Below are positions 1 through 12,720 of a stretch of 64,000 bases of DNA, one piece after another; within the stretch, counting starts at the first letter, position 1; each line of letters begins with the position of its first letter. The notes under the pieces are model-generated. The model did no database searches. It saw only the letters and a list, made by a program, of their open reading frames with translations, and was not told the DNA's origin. Position numbers and translations under genes: made by a program. The DNA comes from Yuukianura sp. NJ FZ-2021 (taxonomy: Eukaryota), in contig CM102283.1 in NCBI GenBank assembly GCA_046563655.1, forward strand, positions 6,448,001 to 6,512,000. Direction: 5' to 3'.

Positions 1-152
1 TAACGTTGACGCAAAATTAAAATCAGTTTGCAGTTTTAAACTTGTAACACGTAAGTTGCTTCATTTGTTTAAGAAGTTTACTCTAAAATTCAAAATTTTG
101 GCATTACTTTTGTTTAATTCCTTTCGACTTAAGGGTTTAAACGCCATTTCAA

Positions 153-1823
153 ATGGAGGCCAATGCCACTGAGCAACTAGGTTTTCATAACCTACCGCCC
201 GAGGTAAAAATTGATATTCTTCCACAATTAATGATTGATTAATCAATTAGCTTTAATTTTTTAAAGCTACTGAAAATGATTTTTGAATACTCGGATGCAA
301 CTACCATTGCAAAAAACCGAGCCGTTTGTGCTAACTGGCGCAACACTATTGAGTCCATCTACACAACCCGTTTGGATATGACCAAACACAATTGGGGAGC
401 CTTCATCATGAAGTCTACAGCATCCAAGATTTGTCTGAAGATCAAGGGAGTTCAGTTGCCCATCTACTTGGCTCCAGAATTCAAACACTTTATGGCTCGT
501 GTCAACACTCTGGAACTGACTGGACATATTCCAGAGGACAATATCACCAACATTCTCAAAGGATGTCGCAGAGTCAAGACAGTCTATATTCATCATGTCA
601 AGTACGACGCTGTTGCTCGTCTTCTCAAAGTCAACACTGACAGGCATGATTTTATGTTCGAACTGAGAGAATTGAGCATTGGAAAGGCAGGGCGTGACGA
701 GCGGAATTTGCGTGATCTTCTAATTGTGACAAACTATGTTGGTGCTATGCTCAAATTCAATTGTCTGAGAATACTCAACTTCAGTGAGATTTTCAAAATG
801 GAAAACATTTTGCAATTGATTTTTCCTGGAATTTTTGACGCACCAACACCCAACAAGTACGAAGATAAAGTCATCAAGCAGATTTTGGACGAGCAACGTC
901 AATCTCTTCGACTCATCACGTTTTACAATGACAACGGCAAAATTTCGCACACGAACCCACGCTGCTCCTTCATCCATTTCCATCCGTACTCGGACGCGTC
1001 AGTATCTCGTTCCAGCGCCAATCCAACCAATCACATACCTCAAATTCACGAAGCGGGGTTATATCCGGCTGGATACTATGGTGTTTGTCGTGCACATACT
1101 AGACTGTTGTTCAAAATTTTTGAAACGCAGTTCAGAATGAAAAATTTGGAGATTTCTTACTTTAACCAAGCGGATGTGGACCGAATTGAAAACATTATCA
1201 AAAACAATTGTGAAACATTGGAAGAAATTACAATTGCATCAATGGAGCATATGGACATGGAAGACTCTTTTCGCTCACTTAGTTGTTCATGGTTTGAAAC
1301 ATGCTTGACCTTGAAGAAACTAACACTTTGCTCGGACTATGAAAGTCGGAAGGTCAAATTGCTTGACCTCTTGCTTCTTCCGACTTCTTTGAAAAAGTTG
1401 TTTCTTACTGGATTTGCTCCAACTGGATCGCCAGAACTGTTAGCTGGATTGACCGAACCACAGCAGTATCCAGAATTGACCGAAGTGATGCTGGGTGCCC
1501 TGCCTTGGTTCTTTCAAGACGAAAACCCAGTTATTACTTTCGAAAAAGCGCACCTTTTTTTGCTTCTTAAATTGTTTCCTCAAATTCGAAAACTGACTCT
1601 CAGAGAAGGTTGGAGTGATGACTTTTGGTTGGATGCAAGTATGACAGATCCGATTCCACTTGCAGTTTCATCTGAATTTGTGACTTGGTGTCGCCAGGGT
1701 GGAGGGGACAACGTTGAAATCGCTTCAATTCAAATTTCCGGCAACGATGATAACTCTCCACTACGATTACTTGGTTTCTCTCAAACAGTACACGAAATAC
1801 TTATCGGAAACAACCAACACTGA
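153..1823 (+). CDS. F-box/LRR-like protein, paralog 1 (exons 153-203, 267-1823)
   Basis: Exon 1 MEANATEQLGFHNLPPE, a GT..AG intron (204-266), then in-frame LLKMIFEYSDATTIAKNRAVCANWR. Together these give an F-box motif (LPxELLxxIF...RxVCxxW). The C-terminal half has LRR-like LxxLxL strands. Confidence 0.85.
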
Positions 1824-2635
1824 AGTTCAATCTGCGCAAACTTTTAATCCCATTGCGATTAATTTTTAAACTTTTGAGTGTTCAATTCAATGAATTCAAT
1901 GTTTGAATTTTTGCAATAACAAAATAATTTTGAAACACTTTTGAGCCTATCAAAATTATCCAATTGCATTACAAAAAAAGAAAATTAAACTAAAATTTAT
2001 ACTAATGGTCTATGTCAAATCTGCGACATCGGTTTTCGAAATTTCTACTCATTTATGGAGCTATGCGTCGTATTTATATATTTTGTAAACCCCATGAGTT
2101 TGAGAAATGATGTGAACTTCTCAAAACTCGATATAATTTTTAAAAATTCTATAAATTATTTTCAACACAAACTCATTAATTTTATAATTTTGAGGATTAC
2201 AGTAATTAATCAATTTACACAACTGTATTCTTGAAAAAAATGTCAATAAATAGTGAAATATTAATTTTTTGGAATCTATAGCATTGCTACTTGTCACTGA
2301 TTGGTTATCTATCACAATATTGAGAAAAATATTTTGGATTTGAACGAAAACTTAACACATCATGTGCCACCATTTACCAAGGAAACTCCACTCGGAAGCT
2401 AATCCGAAAGTTAAACGTTTGTTAAAAAATTTTTGTTTGAAATTTGTAGAAAATCTTTTCAACCAATTTCGAAAAATTGAAAAGTTAGTCTTTAACCCTG
2501 TCATACTTGAAATTAAAGTAGGATACCAGAGCGTTCCTTATTTTGTCAAATTCTTTTACACATTGCAAAATTATAAATAAAGAAAATAACAAAATTGCTT
2601 GTTTTCTTTTCTTCAAGTTTGAGCGCTAAGTCAAA

Positions 2636-4324
2636 ATGGCCACCGGAACCATTCACCTGGGCCATTTCCAAAACCTACCTCCAGAAGTAATTTCTAAATT
2701 TTGTACATAATATGAAATAAATTTCAATTAACTTTAATTTTTAAATTTGTAGTTACTCGAAATGGTATTCAAACACTCAGATGCTACTGCCCTTGCGCAA
2801 AACCGATCCGTGTGCGCCTACTGGTGTAACACCATTGAGTCCATCTGCACAACTCGGCTTGACATGACAAATTCCAACTGGGAAGCATATGTCAAGATGT
2901 CCACCGCATCAAAAATACATCTTAAACTGAAAAATATCCAGTACCCCATCTACATTGTTCCGGAATTCGACGACTTCATGTCTCGTGTCAACAGTATGGA
3001 AGTTACTGGATTCATTCCAGAGTACAATGTCATCAACATTTTCAACGGATGTCGAAAAGTCAAGTCAGTCTACATCCACCATGTGCAATGCGATAGCACT
3101 GCAAGCCTACTTAAATTCAACAATGAGAAGAAGGATTTGACCTTTGAATTGACAGAATTGACCGTTGGAAAATCAAAACATCAAGAGACGAAACTGCGTG
3201 ACCTGCTGCTTGTGGCTAACCATGTTAGCGCTCTGCTCAAATTCAATTGTTTAAAGGAACTCAACCTCAGTAAAATTTTCAAAGTTGAGAACGTCTTGCG
3301 ACTGATTTTCGTCGAAATTCTTGAAGGTCAAGCACCCAATGACTACGAAGATAAAGTCGTCAAACGGATTCTCGACGAGCAACGTAAATCACTCCAAATC
3401 ATAAGATTTTACTACAAACACGATAAAGCTCCCCCGCCGAGGCATCTTGAATTCTTCATCAAATTCCATCCGTTACCAGAAAACGCAGCATCATCTTCTT
3501 CCATTACCACTTCAACAAATCACGGATTTCAAATTCTTCAAGCGCGCTTATATCGTGTTGAAGATTACCTCGAGGGTGGGGAATTTACTGGATTACTGCT
3601 GCGGATTTTTGAAACGCAATTCAGAATGAAAAATTTGCAGATTTGCTACAGAAATCAAACAGATTTGGATCAAATTGTAAAAATCGTCAAAAACAATTCG
3701 GGAACATTGGAGCAAATTGTGATTGGATCAATGGAGAATACAGAAGGGACTTTCCGTTCTTTCAGTTGCGCTTGTTTTGCAGAATGTTTGTTCTTGAAAA
3801 AACTGTTTCTCTGCTCAGAGAATCCAATAAGTCGGAAAATCAAATTGCTGGACCTCTTGCATCTTCCGACGTGTTTGGAAAAATTGTTACTTATTGGATT
3901 TATCCCAACTGGATCGTCGGAACTCTTCGGTAGAGTCACTGAGTCATCGCAGTATCCAAAGTTGACCGTAATGCTACTTGGTCATCTCCCTTGGTTTATT
4001 CAAGATGGAAACCCAATCACAGTTTTTGAAAATACGCAAATTCGTTGGCTTCTAAATATGTTTCCCAAAATTCGAAAACTGACTCTCCTTGGACCTCGGA
4101 TTGACCGATTCATAACGGTTGAAACAGCAAATGTCATGGGCATGGAAAACATTCCTGATTCAATTTCACCTGAATTTGTGACATGGTGTCGCCAGGGTGG
4201 AGGAGACAATGTCAAAATCGATTCAATTCAAATCTTCGGAGAGCATGAGGACGACCCGCTTCCAGAATTTAATCCCCTCATGGAAACTGGGTGCAAAATA
4301 ACTATCGGAAACAGCCAACACTGA
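2636..4324 (+). CDS. F-box/LRR-like protein, paralog 2 (exons 2636-2686, 2753-4324)
   Basis: MATGTIHLGHFQNLPPE | intron 2687-2752 | LLEMVFKHSDATALAQNRSVCAYW. Colinear with paralog 1 over its full length. Confidence 0.85.
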
Positions 4325-5233
4325 ACTTCAATCTGCGCCAACTCTCACTCCGACATCGATCAATTTCATTAAAAAATGTTGTCATTTTTACAATTACTGA
4401 ATAGTTCCAAACTTTTTTGAGCATAACCAAGTCATCTAATTATATTTACATAGAAAAAGTGAATTAAAAAATTGTAACTATCGGTGGATTTCAAAAGTGA
4501 CTTTGAACTTTCTCATTTCTGGAACTTTTGAGTATTTAAATCGCAAGAGCTTGGAAAGTGACGTCACTCATACTCGATATATTTTCTATAAATTTCAAAA
4601 AATATTTGCAGCGCAAACTAATTTTATAATTTTGATTATAACAGTCGCAAGTGTGAGAGAATGTACAGAACGCATCACCCCGAAGACGCTATATCCGGTG
4701 TACCATAAGTCCGTTGTATTTTTTTCTCCCCGTGTAACCTCCATCTCATCTCTCATCTCTCGCCATGCATGGAGTCTTTGGAGCCAATGAGTTTTGTGTA
4801 GAGAAAGATGCAACGTACTTATGTTGCACCCGATATGTTTGAAGCAAACAAAAACTCGAAGGTGAATTTTGAAATTTCAACTTTGAAGTTGAATGTAATT
4901 TTGCATTCAACAGAATGAAGCATAGTAAAGCAGAATACTCTTTTCAGTTTTGGAACTACTCAAAACATTAAAAAAAAGCAAACTCCTCCAGCCACGAAAA
5001 TTATTTGGATGTTTGACTACAATTTAACTGGATTGACCTTATGGATCTTCTTGTGTGACAAATGAATTGCGTCATTAGCATGAGAAAGAAATCCCAGGTA
5101 TTTTCGCAATATATTACCAAGAAATCAATTAAGAATTTATTTTCAACTACAGCTGAAACCTAGCAAGCGACTACATTATGTAAAGAAATCTGACACATTT
5201 TTGCAGCCAAGAACTAAGTTTAAGTTGGATATT

Positions 5234-5799
5234 TCACTTTTGATTCCTGCTCTGCTCGTATTTTGGGTTGTTCGGATTCATTTGATTGCCATGATTATCC
5301 AAGTCTGCTTTGGTTCCGGCTCCTTGGTAACCTGCGTCACGCCCTGGTCCAGTCGGCGTATGGTTTGGATTCTGTTGATTTGAACGATTGTCTCGTTGCT
5401 GTTTGTCTATAATACACCAATTTATTAGTAAAAAATACATTGATTTGTTCCAAATTTCGGACTTTAGACATTGAATTATATTTAATTTTTCTAATATAAC
5501 CGAGTTACCGACCAAAGTTAGACGGGTCGCTAGGTCAAACAACCTTGGAAAAATATTCTCCTATACTTTTTACTGCTTTTAAAACTTTACATCAAAATTA
5601 CTACTTTGGGCCTAACTGTTCGTATTCTAAAAATCAATTACGGTATAGACAACTTGAATTTTATATTCGAAGTTATTAAGGAAAATTCTATACGAACTAC
5701 TACGGCGTTTCCTGAATTTGGAAATTCACAAAAATTTTAAAAATTCAAAAAACGCCTCGGAACCTAAAATAAATTTTGGAGCACACGGCACCTACCCAT
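5234..5799 (-). CDS. 58-aa small protein with two DNxxNQxNPN repeats (exons 5799-5796, 5406-5234)
   Basis: ATG G|gtaggt donor at 5796/5795 preceded by caaaa; acceptor tatag|AC at 5407/5406. The spliced frame is MDKQQRDNRSNQQNPNHTPTGPGRDAGYQGAGTKADLDNHGNQMNPNNPKYEQSRNQK*. Confidence 0.7.
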
Positions 5800-6107
5800 T
5801 TTTGTTGTCTTTGTCCTTGTTACGTCCTTGTTTCGAAATCTTAAAGGTTTGGCTAAAGTTTAGCAGCTTTCAGTGTTCGGAGTATTTTATTTGACTATTC
5901 GGATTTGCACATTTGCATTCGCTTTTATCACTTATTATTTACGGTGATAATCCTTTTGAATACAAACTTCATTGACCTTTAGATAAAGTGAACTGTTGGT
6001 TAACAGCTATAACAAGGTAGCGAAGGTGGCACTGAGTGTTGCACTAAATTAATTGTAATATGTAGTTAAATATTTAATCGAAATCAACCTAATATTATAT
6101 AAATATT

Positions 6108-6338
6108 TGAGGTCCACTAAAAAGTAGACACTTGTATAAATATTAATATGTTTATTTATCAGTTTATGGGGGGATAACTTAACGATGTATCGTGAGAAAA
6201 AACTGATTTGTGTAATTTCGCCTTACAAAAAAAAGTTGGGTTCAATTATTCATCAATTTCCCCCCATTATTGTCAAAAGTCTGCTATGTTACCTGTAGTA
6301 ACAATTTTTGGGTGTCTATTTTTTAATGGGCCTCACTG
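6108..6338. mobile_element. Tc1/mariner-like MITE (left end eroded)
   Basis: Imperfect inverted ends TGAGGTCCACTAAAAGTAGACAC / GTGTCTATTTTTTAATGGGCCTCACTG, followed by TA. Confidence 0.55.
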
Positions 6339-6364
6339 TATATATTTACATTACATATTAGAAT

Positions 6365-6761
6365 CAGTGTTGATGGATGCTTAAACGTCCAGTGGTTTAA
6401 TTGCCACTTCTACTGGATATCCACTGGAAGAAATGTACCCCAAATGGACGAACCTAAAAGTGGATGGAAGCAATTAAGAATTTTGAGCGAAATTAAAAAA
6501 GTCAAATTTAAAATTTACAAAATAATTGCAAAAAACTTTCCTTTTGCCGTCAAGATAAATAAAAATTACTTAAAACTTAATTAGAACGTTATTTACAACG
6601 TTTTTGTACTCTATTTTTATTTGTTTGAGTTGTTTGTACATAATTAATTCAAATCCTGCGGGTAAAGCTCCTCCCCTTTGGATTCATCCATTTCGTCCAT
6701 TTCTTCCACTGGATATCCAGCTGTGGATGAAATGTCGCAAAAGTGGATATCCTCCAACACT
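6365..6761. mobile_element. hAT-like MITE
   Basis: Ends CAGTGTTG..CAACACT, subterminal inverted blocks (CTGGATATCCA, GGAAGAAATG/CATTTCTTCC), and TTAGAAT on both flanks. Confidence 0.55.
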
Positions 6762-7049
6762 TAGAATAGACCATGAGCGTTCCAATTTTTGAAGAATTGT
6801 TAAAGTTTCGATGAACTTCTGTAACTTCGGAAGACATTACAGGTGAAAATGAAACACTTGATTTAAAGTCTAAAACTTTCATGAAGTTGTTAGACATCAA
6901 ATTTTGAAGTTTGTAAATTTTGATCGGGTTTTAATTCTTCGGAGGTTGTGGCGTTTGGGAACAGTCCCACTCCCAGCCGCCAAGGATAGAGGTGTAGGAA
7001 TTGGACAGTGCCTTTGATGGTAGCCTTCCTACTCTATCCTGTGCAAGTT

Positions 7050-7126
7050 GTGGCCTGATAGCATAAGGGCAGTGCAGTCTCCCCGGATTGAAGAAAAACG
7101 TGGGTTCGAGTACCACTCGGTCTCAC
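7050..7126 (+). other. tRNA-like sequence (SINE head or pseudo-tRNA)
   Basis: 77 nt with A-box-like TAGCATAAGGGCAGTGC, B-box/T-arm GTGGGTTCGAGTACCAC, partly complementary ends, then TTATTTTTT. The anticodon arm is not canonical. Confidence 0.5.
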
Positions 7127-8618
7127 TTATTTTTTCTGCACTATCATCCTTTGTCTCTCAAGCCCATGCCCATGTGACCCCTGAGTGTCACAAGGTATTT
7201 AATCTTATATTTTTGATTAATTTTAAAATAAATATTAAAATTTTAAAATTGTTGCAAAACTATGCTAAAATTTAAAAGTATCAAACGTATTCGCTGAAAA
7301 TCCAAAAAAAAATATTTATTTTTTTCGAAGATTCAAGGAATCTTTTTCCATAAAGTGTTCAGAATGGTCATGAAAATACTGCATTTCGGCCAAGAAGAAA
7401 AGGGTGATATTCGAGATTCGATATAAACAAATCGTCCATATCATGCTCATGGAGCATAAAGTATCTAATCCAAAAAGAAATTCTATTTTGATTCGTTGGG
7501 TTTTGAGTAAAAATTTTCGAACAGAAAAACCCAATAAAGTGGTTTTTGCATTATAATTTATGTGACTCATGAGTGTTGCTATGAAACCTTTCGACTTAGG
7601 TGATAAATTCATAAACCAACCGTGATTGCAACATGACATGACTGATACTGGAAGTGCCATGGACGAAATGCATGTGATTTATCTATTAAGCGCTTTTAAG
7701 TTGTTGACATTATACATTTATTGCTCGAGTGACTCATCACATCAATGTCAAACTTATCTTTTGTATCCAAGGTGTATTTTTGTTTAGAAGTATACATTAG
7801 TTGAAAACACATTACTCACAGTATAAGACAGCTAAACGACAAAAATGAAATAACTCGCAGTTGCTAGTGCTACCAGTAAAAGTAAACGTTTTTGTACAAG
7901 TTTTAAAACGTTTCAGATTTTCCTAGTTGTGTGTCTGGTATTTATATCGATCTATATTAAAACTGCTTATCATGCACAAATTGCCAAAACTTTCATTTGA
8001 GCGACTTCCTAATTAATTTTGTGAAAAAAAAAGTTTGAACGATTTTTATTCTAATATTGTTTATACAATTAATTTAATTAAATACAATTAAATTATAATT
8101 ATATACAATGGTTTTAATACAATCTATTGTATTGAAAAGTAATGAAATTAATTAAACTAATTGAAACTAAGCTTTATTACAACTAATTAAAAACTAAAAA
8201 ACTAAAGAAACTAAAAAACCCACTAGCTTTTTTGTTTGACATAAGTATGACGCTGTGCTTGAAGTTAATTTCGTGACGTATAAACATCACGGGTATCCAA
8301 ATCATGTTGAAAAGTTAAACCTTGACCACTATGAAAGTTGAATTTAAAGTTGGAATTCGTAAACTCCTTCCTTTGTCGAAATCTTTTACAAAATGTGTAA
8401 CTTATCTACTAATAACAAAAATGCTTCCTTTTTTCCACAACAACCTATCATTTTCCAAATACTTCTGAAAACATTTATAACAAAATCATACAACTGTATT
8501 TAAAAAAAAGTTAATAAAAATTAAATGCAATTTTTTTAAAACCCAGCACTTCTTTTTCTACCTCGTTGTTCATTAAAATTTGAAAAACAATTTTGAATTT
8601 GAAGTAAACTTGAACAAT

Positions 8619-9980
8619 AATTATGCGGCTGGGACGTAGAAAGGCGACTTTCGTGTTTACTCCAATATTTTCCCGTCGCCGTGGCGATTTTTCGAAAAAT
8701 TCACCACTTTAAGGGCTGTTCACACTTTGCCTTTATGTACGCCGATTTTTTGTCGCAGAGTTTTGTATATATTTTTTAATGTGCGTACTGAATTTTAACG
8801 CGCATTGTTTGCGATATCATCGGAAGAAACAAAATTTCGCGGATAGATATGCGGATACCTATTAACACGTGAAAACATCCCTCCAGTGGATAGCGTAATC
8901 ACACGTGAAAATGTCCTTCCCGAACCCGTCGGACGACAGAAATCACAGATGTGATGTGATTCACATGTAAAAATTACTGCAGGAATCACCCACGAATCTC
9001 GCAGTTGGTAATGCGTAAGAGAAAAAACCGCAGCCGCAACTAGAGTACGTGAAAAAACTCCCATCAGCGAGCATAGCAGTTGCACGCAAACAAGTTGGCC
9101 ATTTAGGCGAGAATACGAATGTAAAATTCTCATGCGCTGCTGTCGCCTTGTTAAGTGAAAACATAATGACAATATAAAACCGCATATTACGTGGACACAA
9201 GCACACAGCTGACACTTTCCGCATACGATTGCAATATTTGGCGCTGCATATTTTTCACGTTGAATTTCCGCTGCGAGTAGGCGTGCGATTTCGATGAGTT
9301 TCTGTGAGAATTCAGCTGCGATGTTTACATGCGGTTTCAGCTGCGATTTTCATATGCGGGTATCAGTTTCAATTTTGACGTACGCTGTTTCGGTCCGATT
9401 TCAGCTGAGGCTTAGTTGCGATTTTAAAGTGCGATTTAGGTTACAATTTTGATCTGTGATTATAGCTGCGATATTCACGTGCGATTTCAGCTTCAATTTT
9501 TACTTGTGATTACAGTTGTAACGTCTATGTGCGATTTCAGAGACGATTAGGACTGTACCACATTATACTACCATTGTAATTTGTATTGTGGGGCAAACCG
9601 ATCGAATTTTGCGCTCGCAGCGAAAGTCGGCAGAAATTGAAATTTTTGACTTATTGTTATTTAAACATTATTTCTAGAATTCAACGAGTAGTGACTTTTC
9701 TACACTATTTGATGGAGATGATTAATATTAATGGTTTAAATTATATTATTTGTACATTAACATCATTATCATTATTATTAATTTATTATTATGAGATATA
9801 ATATTATAGACCAATTCGCGTTCGCCATCTGCGGTGAATATTATTAGCGCTGAATTGCGCTCACGAGTTCATTGTGTGCACCACCCTTTATATTTTGAAA
9901 TTTTGTCCAAAATCGCCACGGAAAATCGAAAAAAAGATGTAAACACCAAACTCGCCCTTCTACGTCCCAACTGCACAATT
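8619..9980. mobile_element. Palindromic MITE carrying a nested insertion
   Basis: Imperfect inverted arms: GCTGGGACGTAGAAAGGCGACTTTCGTGTTTAC..CCGTGGCGATTTT on the left and AAAATCGCCACGG..GTAAACACCAAACTCGCCCTTCTACGTCCCAAC on the right. Confidence 0.6.
8712..9887. mobile_element. PIF/Harbinger-like non-autonomous element
   Basis: TTA|AGGGCTGTTCACAC ... GTGTGCACCACCCT|TTA (3-bp TTA TSD, 14-bp imperfect TIR). Internal degenerate repeats run in opposite orientations (CACGTGAAAA-like in the left half, GCGATTTCAG-like in the right half). No transposase ORF. Confidence 0.6.
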
Positions 9981-10259
9981 GGTGACACTAATTATTAGTG
10001 TCACCAAGTAAACTGTACTTCTTTCCAAAGCTAACATAAATGTAAATAACGTTCGTTTAATTTCCAAAATGTACCAATTTCGGAATCCTGAAAAGTTGAA
10101 TCTCGAACGTCTGAATTTGGTATTTTGAAGTTGGACTGCGTAAGTGCCGCTAATTTTGTCACTGTCCTTCGCAAAATGATTAATTAAATTATAAATAATA
10201 TAAACACAAAATTGTTTGATTCTTTTTTGTTTTGTTCAAGGTGTGAACATTAATTCAAA

Positions 10260-11917
10260 ATGGACAACACTGACCAAGGATATTTCAAAAACCTACCTCT
10301 CCAAGTAACTCAAATCTTTCGTTGAAATTTCAAACTAACTAATTTTAAATTTTTAAGTTACTGAATGCAATCTTCGCATACTCTGATGCTACTGCCCTTG
10401 CGAAAAACCGAATTGTCTGCGCATACTGGCGCAACACCATTGAAACCATGTACACAACAAGAATGGAAATGAACAATGACAACTGGGAAACATTTGTGAA
10501 GAACTCAACAGCATCCAGGATCCATCTTACACTGAACGCTCTCCAGTACCCCATTTACATTGTTCCAGAATTCAATGACTTCATGTCTCGTGTCAACTTT
10601 CTGGAAGTGACTGGATACATTACCAAGTACAACCTTGTCAACATTTTCAAGGGATGTCCTAAACTCCAGTCACTCACTGTCCACCCTGTTCAAGTTGATG
10701 GCCGTATACAGTTCGAGTTCAAAGATGAGACAACTGAATTGGCACTGGATGTGAGCCAATTGAAGATTGGGAATCTTGGTCAGTCTTACTTCCACTATGA
10801 CTATTTGGGACTTCTTTATGTGATCAACCATGTTGGCGGTGTGCTCAAAGTCAATTGCTTGAAAGAACTCAACCTGAGTATGGTTTTCAACGTTGAATGC
10901 GTTTTAGAATTGATTTTCGCTCGAATTCTTGAATATCCGCTACGCTTGGAGAAACTAGAAGATTCAATCATAAAGCGAATTCTGAACAAGCAACGTCAGT
11001 CCCTGCAACTCATCACGTTTGAGTACAAACACGGTGAGGTTCCGCCAGAATTTTTTATCAAGTTTCATCGTTGCGCAGACGCGTCGGAGTCTCCTGCCAA
11101 CACCAATTCAACCAATCAGAGACTTCAAATTTTTGAATCCCACTTGTTTCGCGTGGAAAACTATTATGTCTGGTTTGGATTCACTTCATTACTGCTGAGA
11201 ATTTTTGAAACGCAGTTCAAAATGAGAAATTTAGAAATTTCTTACAGTCATCAATTAGATTTGCACCGAATTGTCAACATCGTCAAAAACAATTCCGAAA
11301 CATTGGAAGAAATTTTGATTGTATCAATGGAGCACATCGCAGATACCTATCGCCCATTGAGTTGTGCAATGTTTGCAACCTGTTTGAGCTTGAAAAATCT
11401 AACTCTCTGCTCAAGCTATGACCATCGGAAGGTCAAATTGGTTAACCTCTTGCGTCTTCCAACTTCTTTGCAGAAATTGTCACTCAGTGGATTTGTTCCA
11501 AAAGGATCGTCGGAACTGTTCGGAGTCGCTGGAACATCGAAGTTTCAGAACTTTACCGAAATTGACCTGGGCATGCTCCCGTGGTTCATTCAAGATGAGA
11601 GCCCTGTCACAGTTTTTGAAAATACACATCTCCATTGGCTGCTGAATTTATTTCCGAGAATCCAAAAACTAACTCTGACAAGCATTCAGCCTGAACGATT
11701 CGCTACTGCCCGGGAGGCAAATGCGATCGGCGTGGAGAATATGGCTGACGCTGTTTCACCTGAATTTGTCGCGTGGTGTGAGCAAGGGGGAACAGACAAT
11801 GTTAAAATCGACTCAATTCAAATTTCCCGCCGCAACACCACCAACCAACTACTACGCGAAGTTGAGCACTTGATTGAAACGGTGCACAAAATACTTATCG
11901 GAAACAACCAGCATTGA
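10260..11917 (+). CDS. F-box/LRR-like protein, paralog 3 (exons 10260-10304, 10358-11917)
   Basis: MDNTDQGYFKNLPLQ | intron 10305-10357 | LLNAIFAYSDATALAKNRIVCAYWR, in frame with ORF 10448-11917. Confidence 0.85.
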
Positions 11918-12234
11918 CCTCATCATGAAACACTGTCCACTGCAACTTTATTACAAAAAAAAATTCTAATTTATGCAATAATTTCTTCAAATACTAAAAA
12001 TATTTTCAAAATAAACCCTATTAATCCATAAAGTATCAGAATCCAGTTACGATTTGTGAAAAACTGTTCACTCGTTGGCTCTATAAACTTATTTTCAAAA
12101 ATTAGAAAGCATAGTTTTCTCATTTTCTGCAAAACCGGAAAAAGCTTTTGAGTTTCGAATTCCTTTGGTTATTAATTTATCGGACTAAATTAATTGAGTT
12201 ACGTGTATTGTAATATTAATATTAGATTTATTCT

Positions 12235-12360
12235 TACTTTTTCTATTTGATGCACTATATTATTTTAAGCGCTTGTCGCTTGACATGGGTAACATAACGT
12301 TCCATACATCGGAATACAAACCAAACACTTTTTTTTGCAACTGAGACCAAAATCCATACC
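12235..12360 (-). pseudogene. 3' remnant of a paralog of the IR-like gene
   Basis: The minus strand translates VWILVSVAKKSVWFVFRCMERYVTHVKRQALKII*, matching the IR C-terminus HILVSSGKKALWFIFRTMLGWVIHVKRQRLKIF (about 18290-18405). The adjacent 3' flank also resembles 18200-18290. Confidence 0.75.
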
Positions 12361-12720
12361 CAGCATGCTGGTATTGTATGAAAAAAATGAACCCGAATTT
12401 GAACCGAAACGAATAGAATGTGTTACCAAGGAAATATGCTTCAACAAATGTTACGTTTTCTTAATTTCTAAAACATGTTAACCGAATTTTGTAAGATTGA
12501 AGATTTCAAACCATTTTGGATCAAATTCAAAAGCTAAACCAAGTTGGATTACTCTCATAGAAAAAGGTTGAAAAAAATCTCGAAAACTTGATTTTTTTGC
12601 CACCATTTGTGTCTTCAGTTAAACCTGGACTGTGTAAGTTTTATTCGGCTTAATTGTAACGATAAATATATCAGTAATAAAAAATTCTGTTTTCTTTTTT
12701 AAGTAATCTGACCTCTAAAC

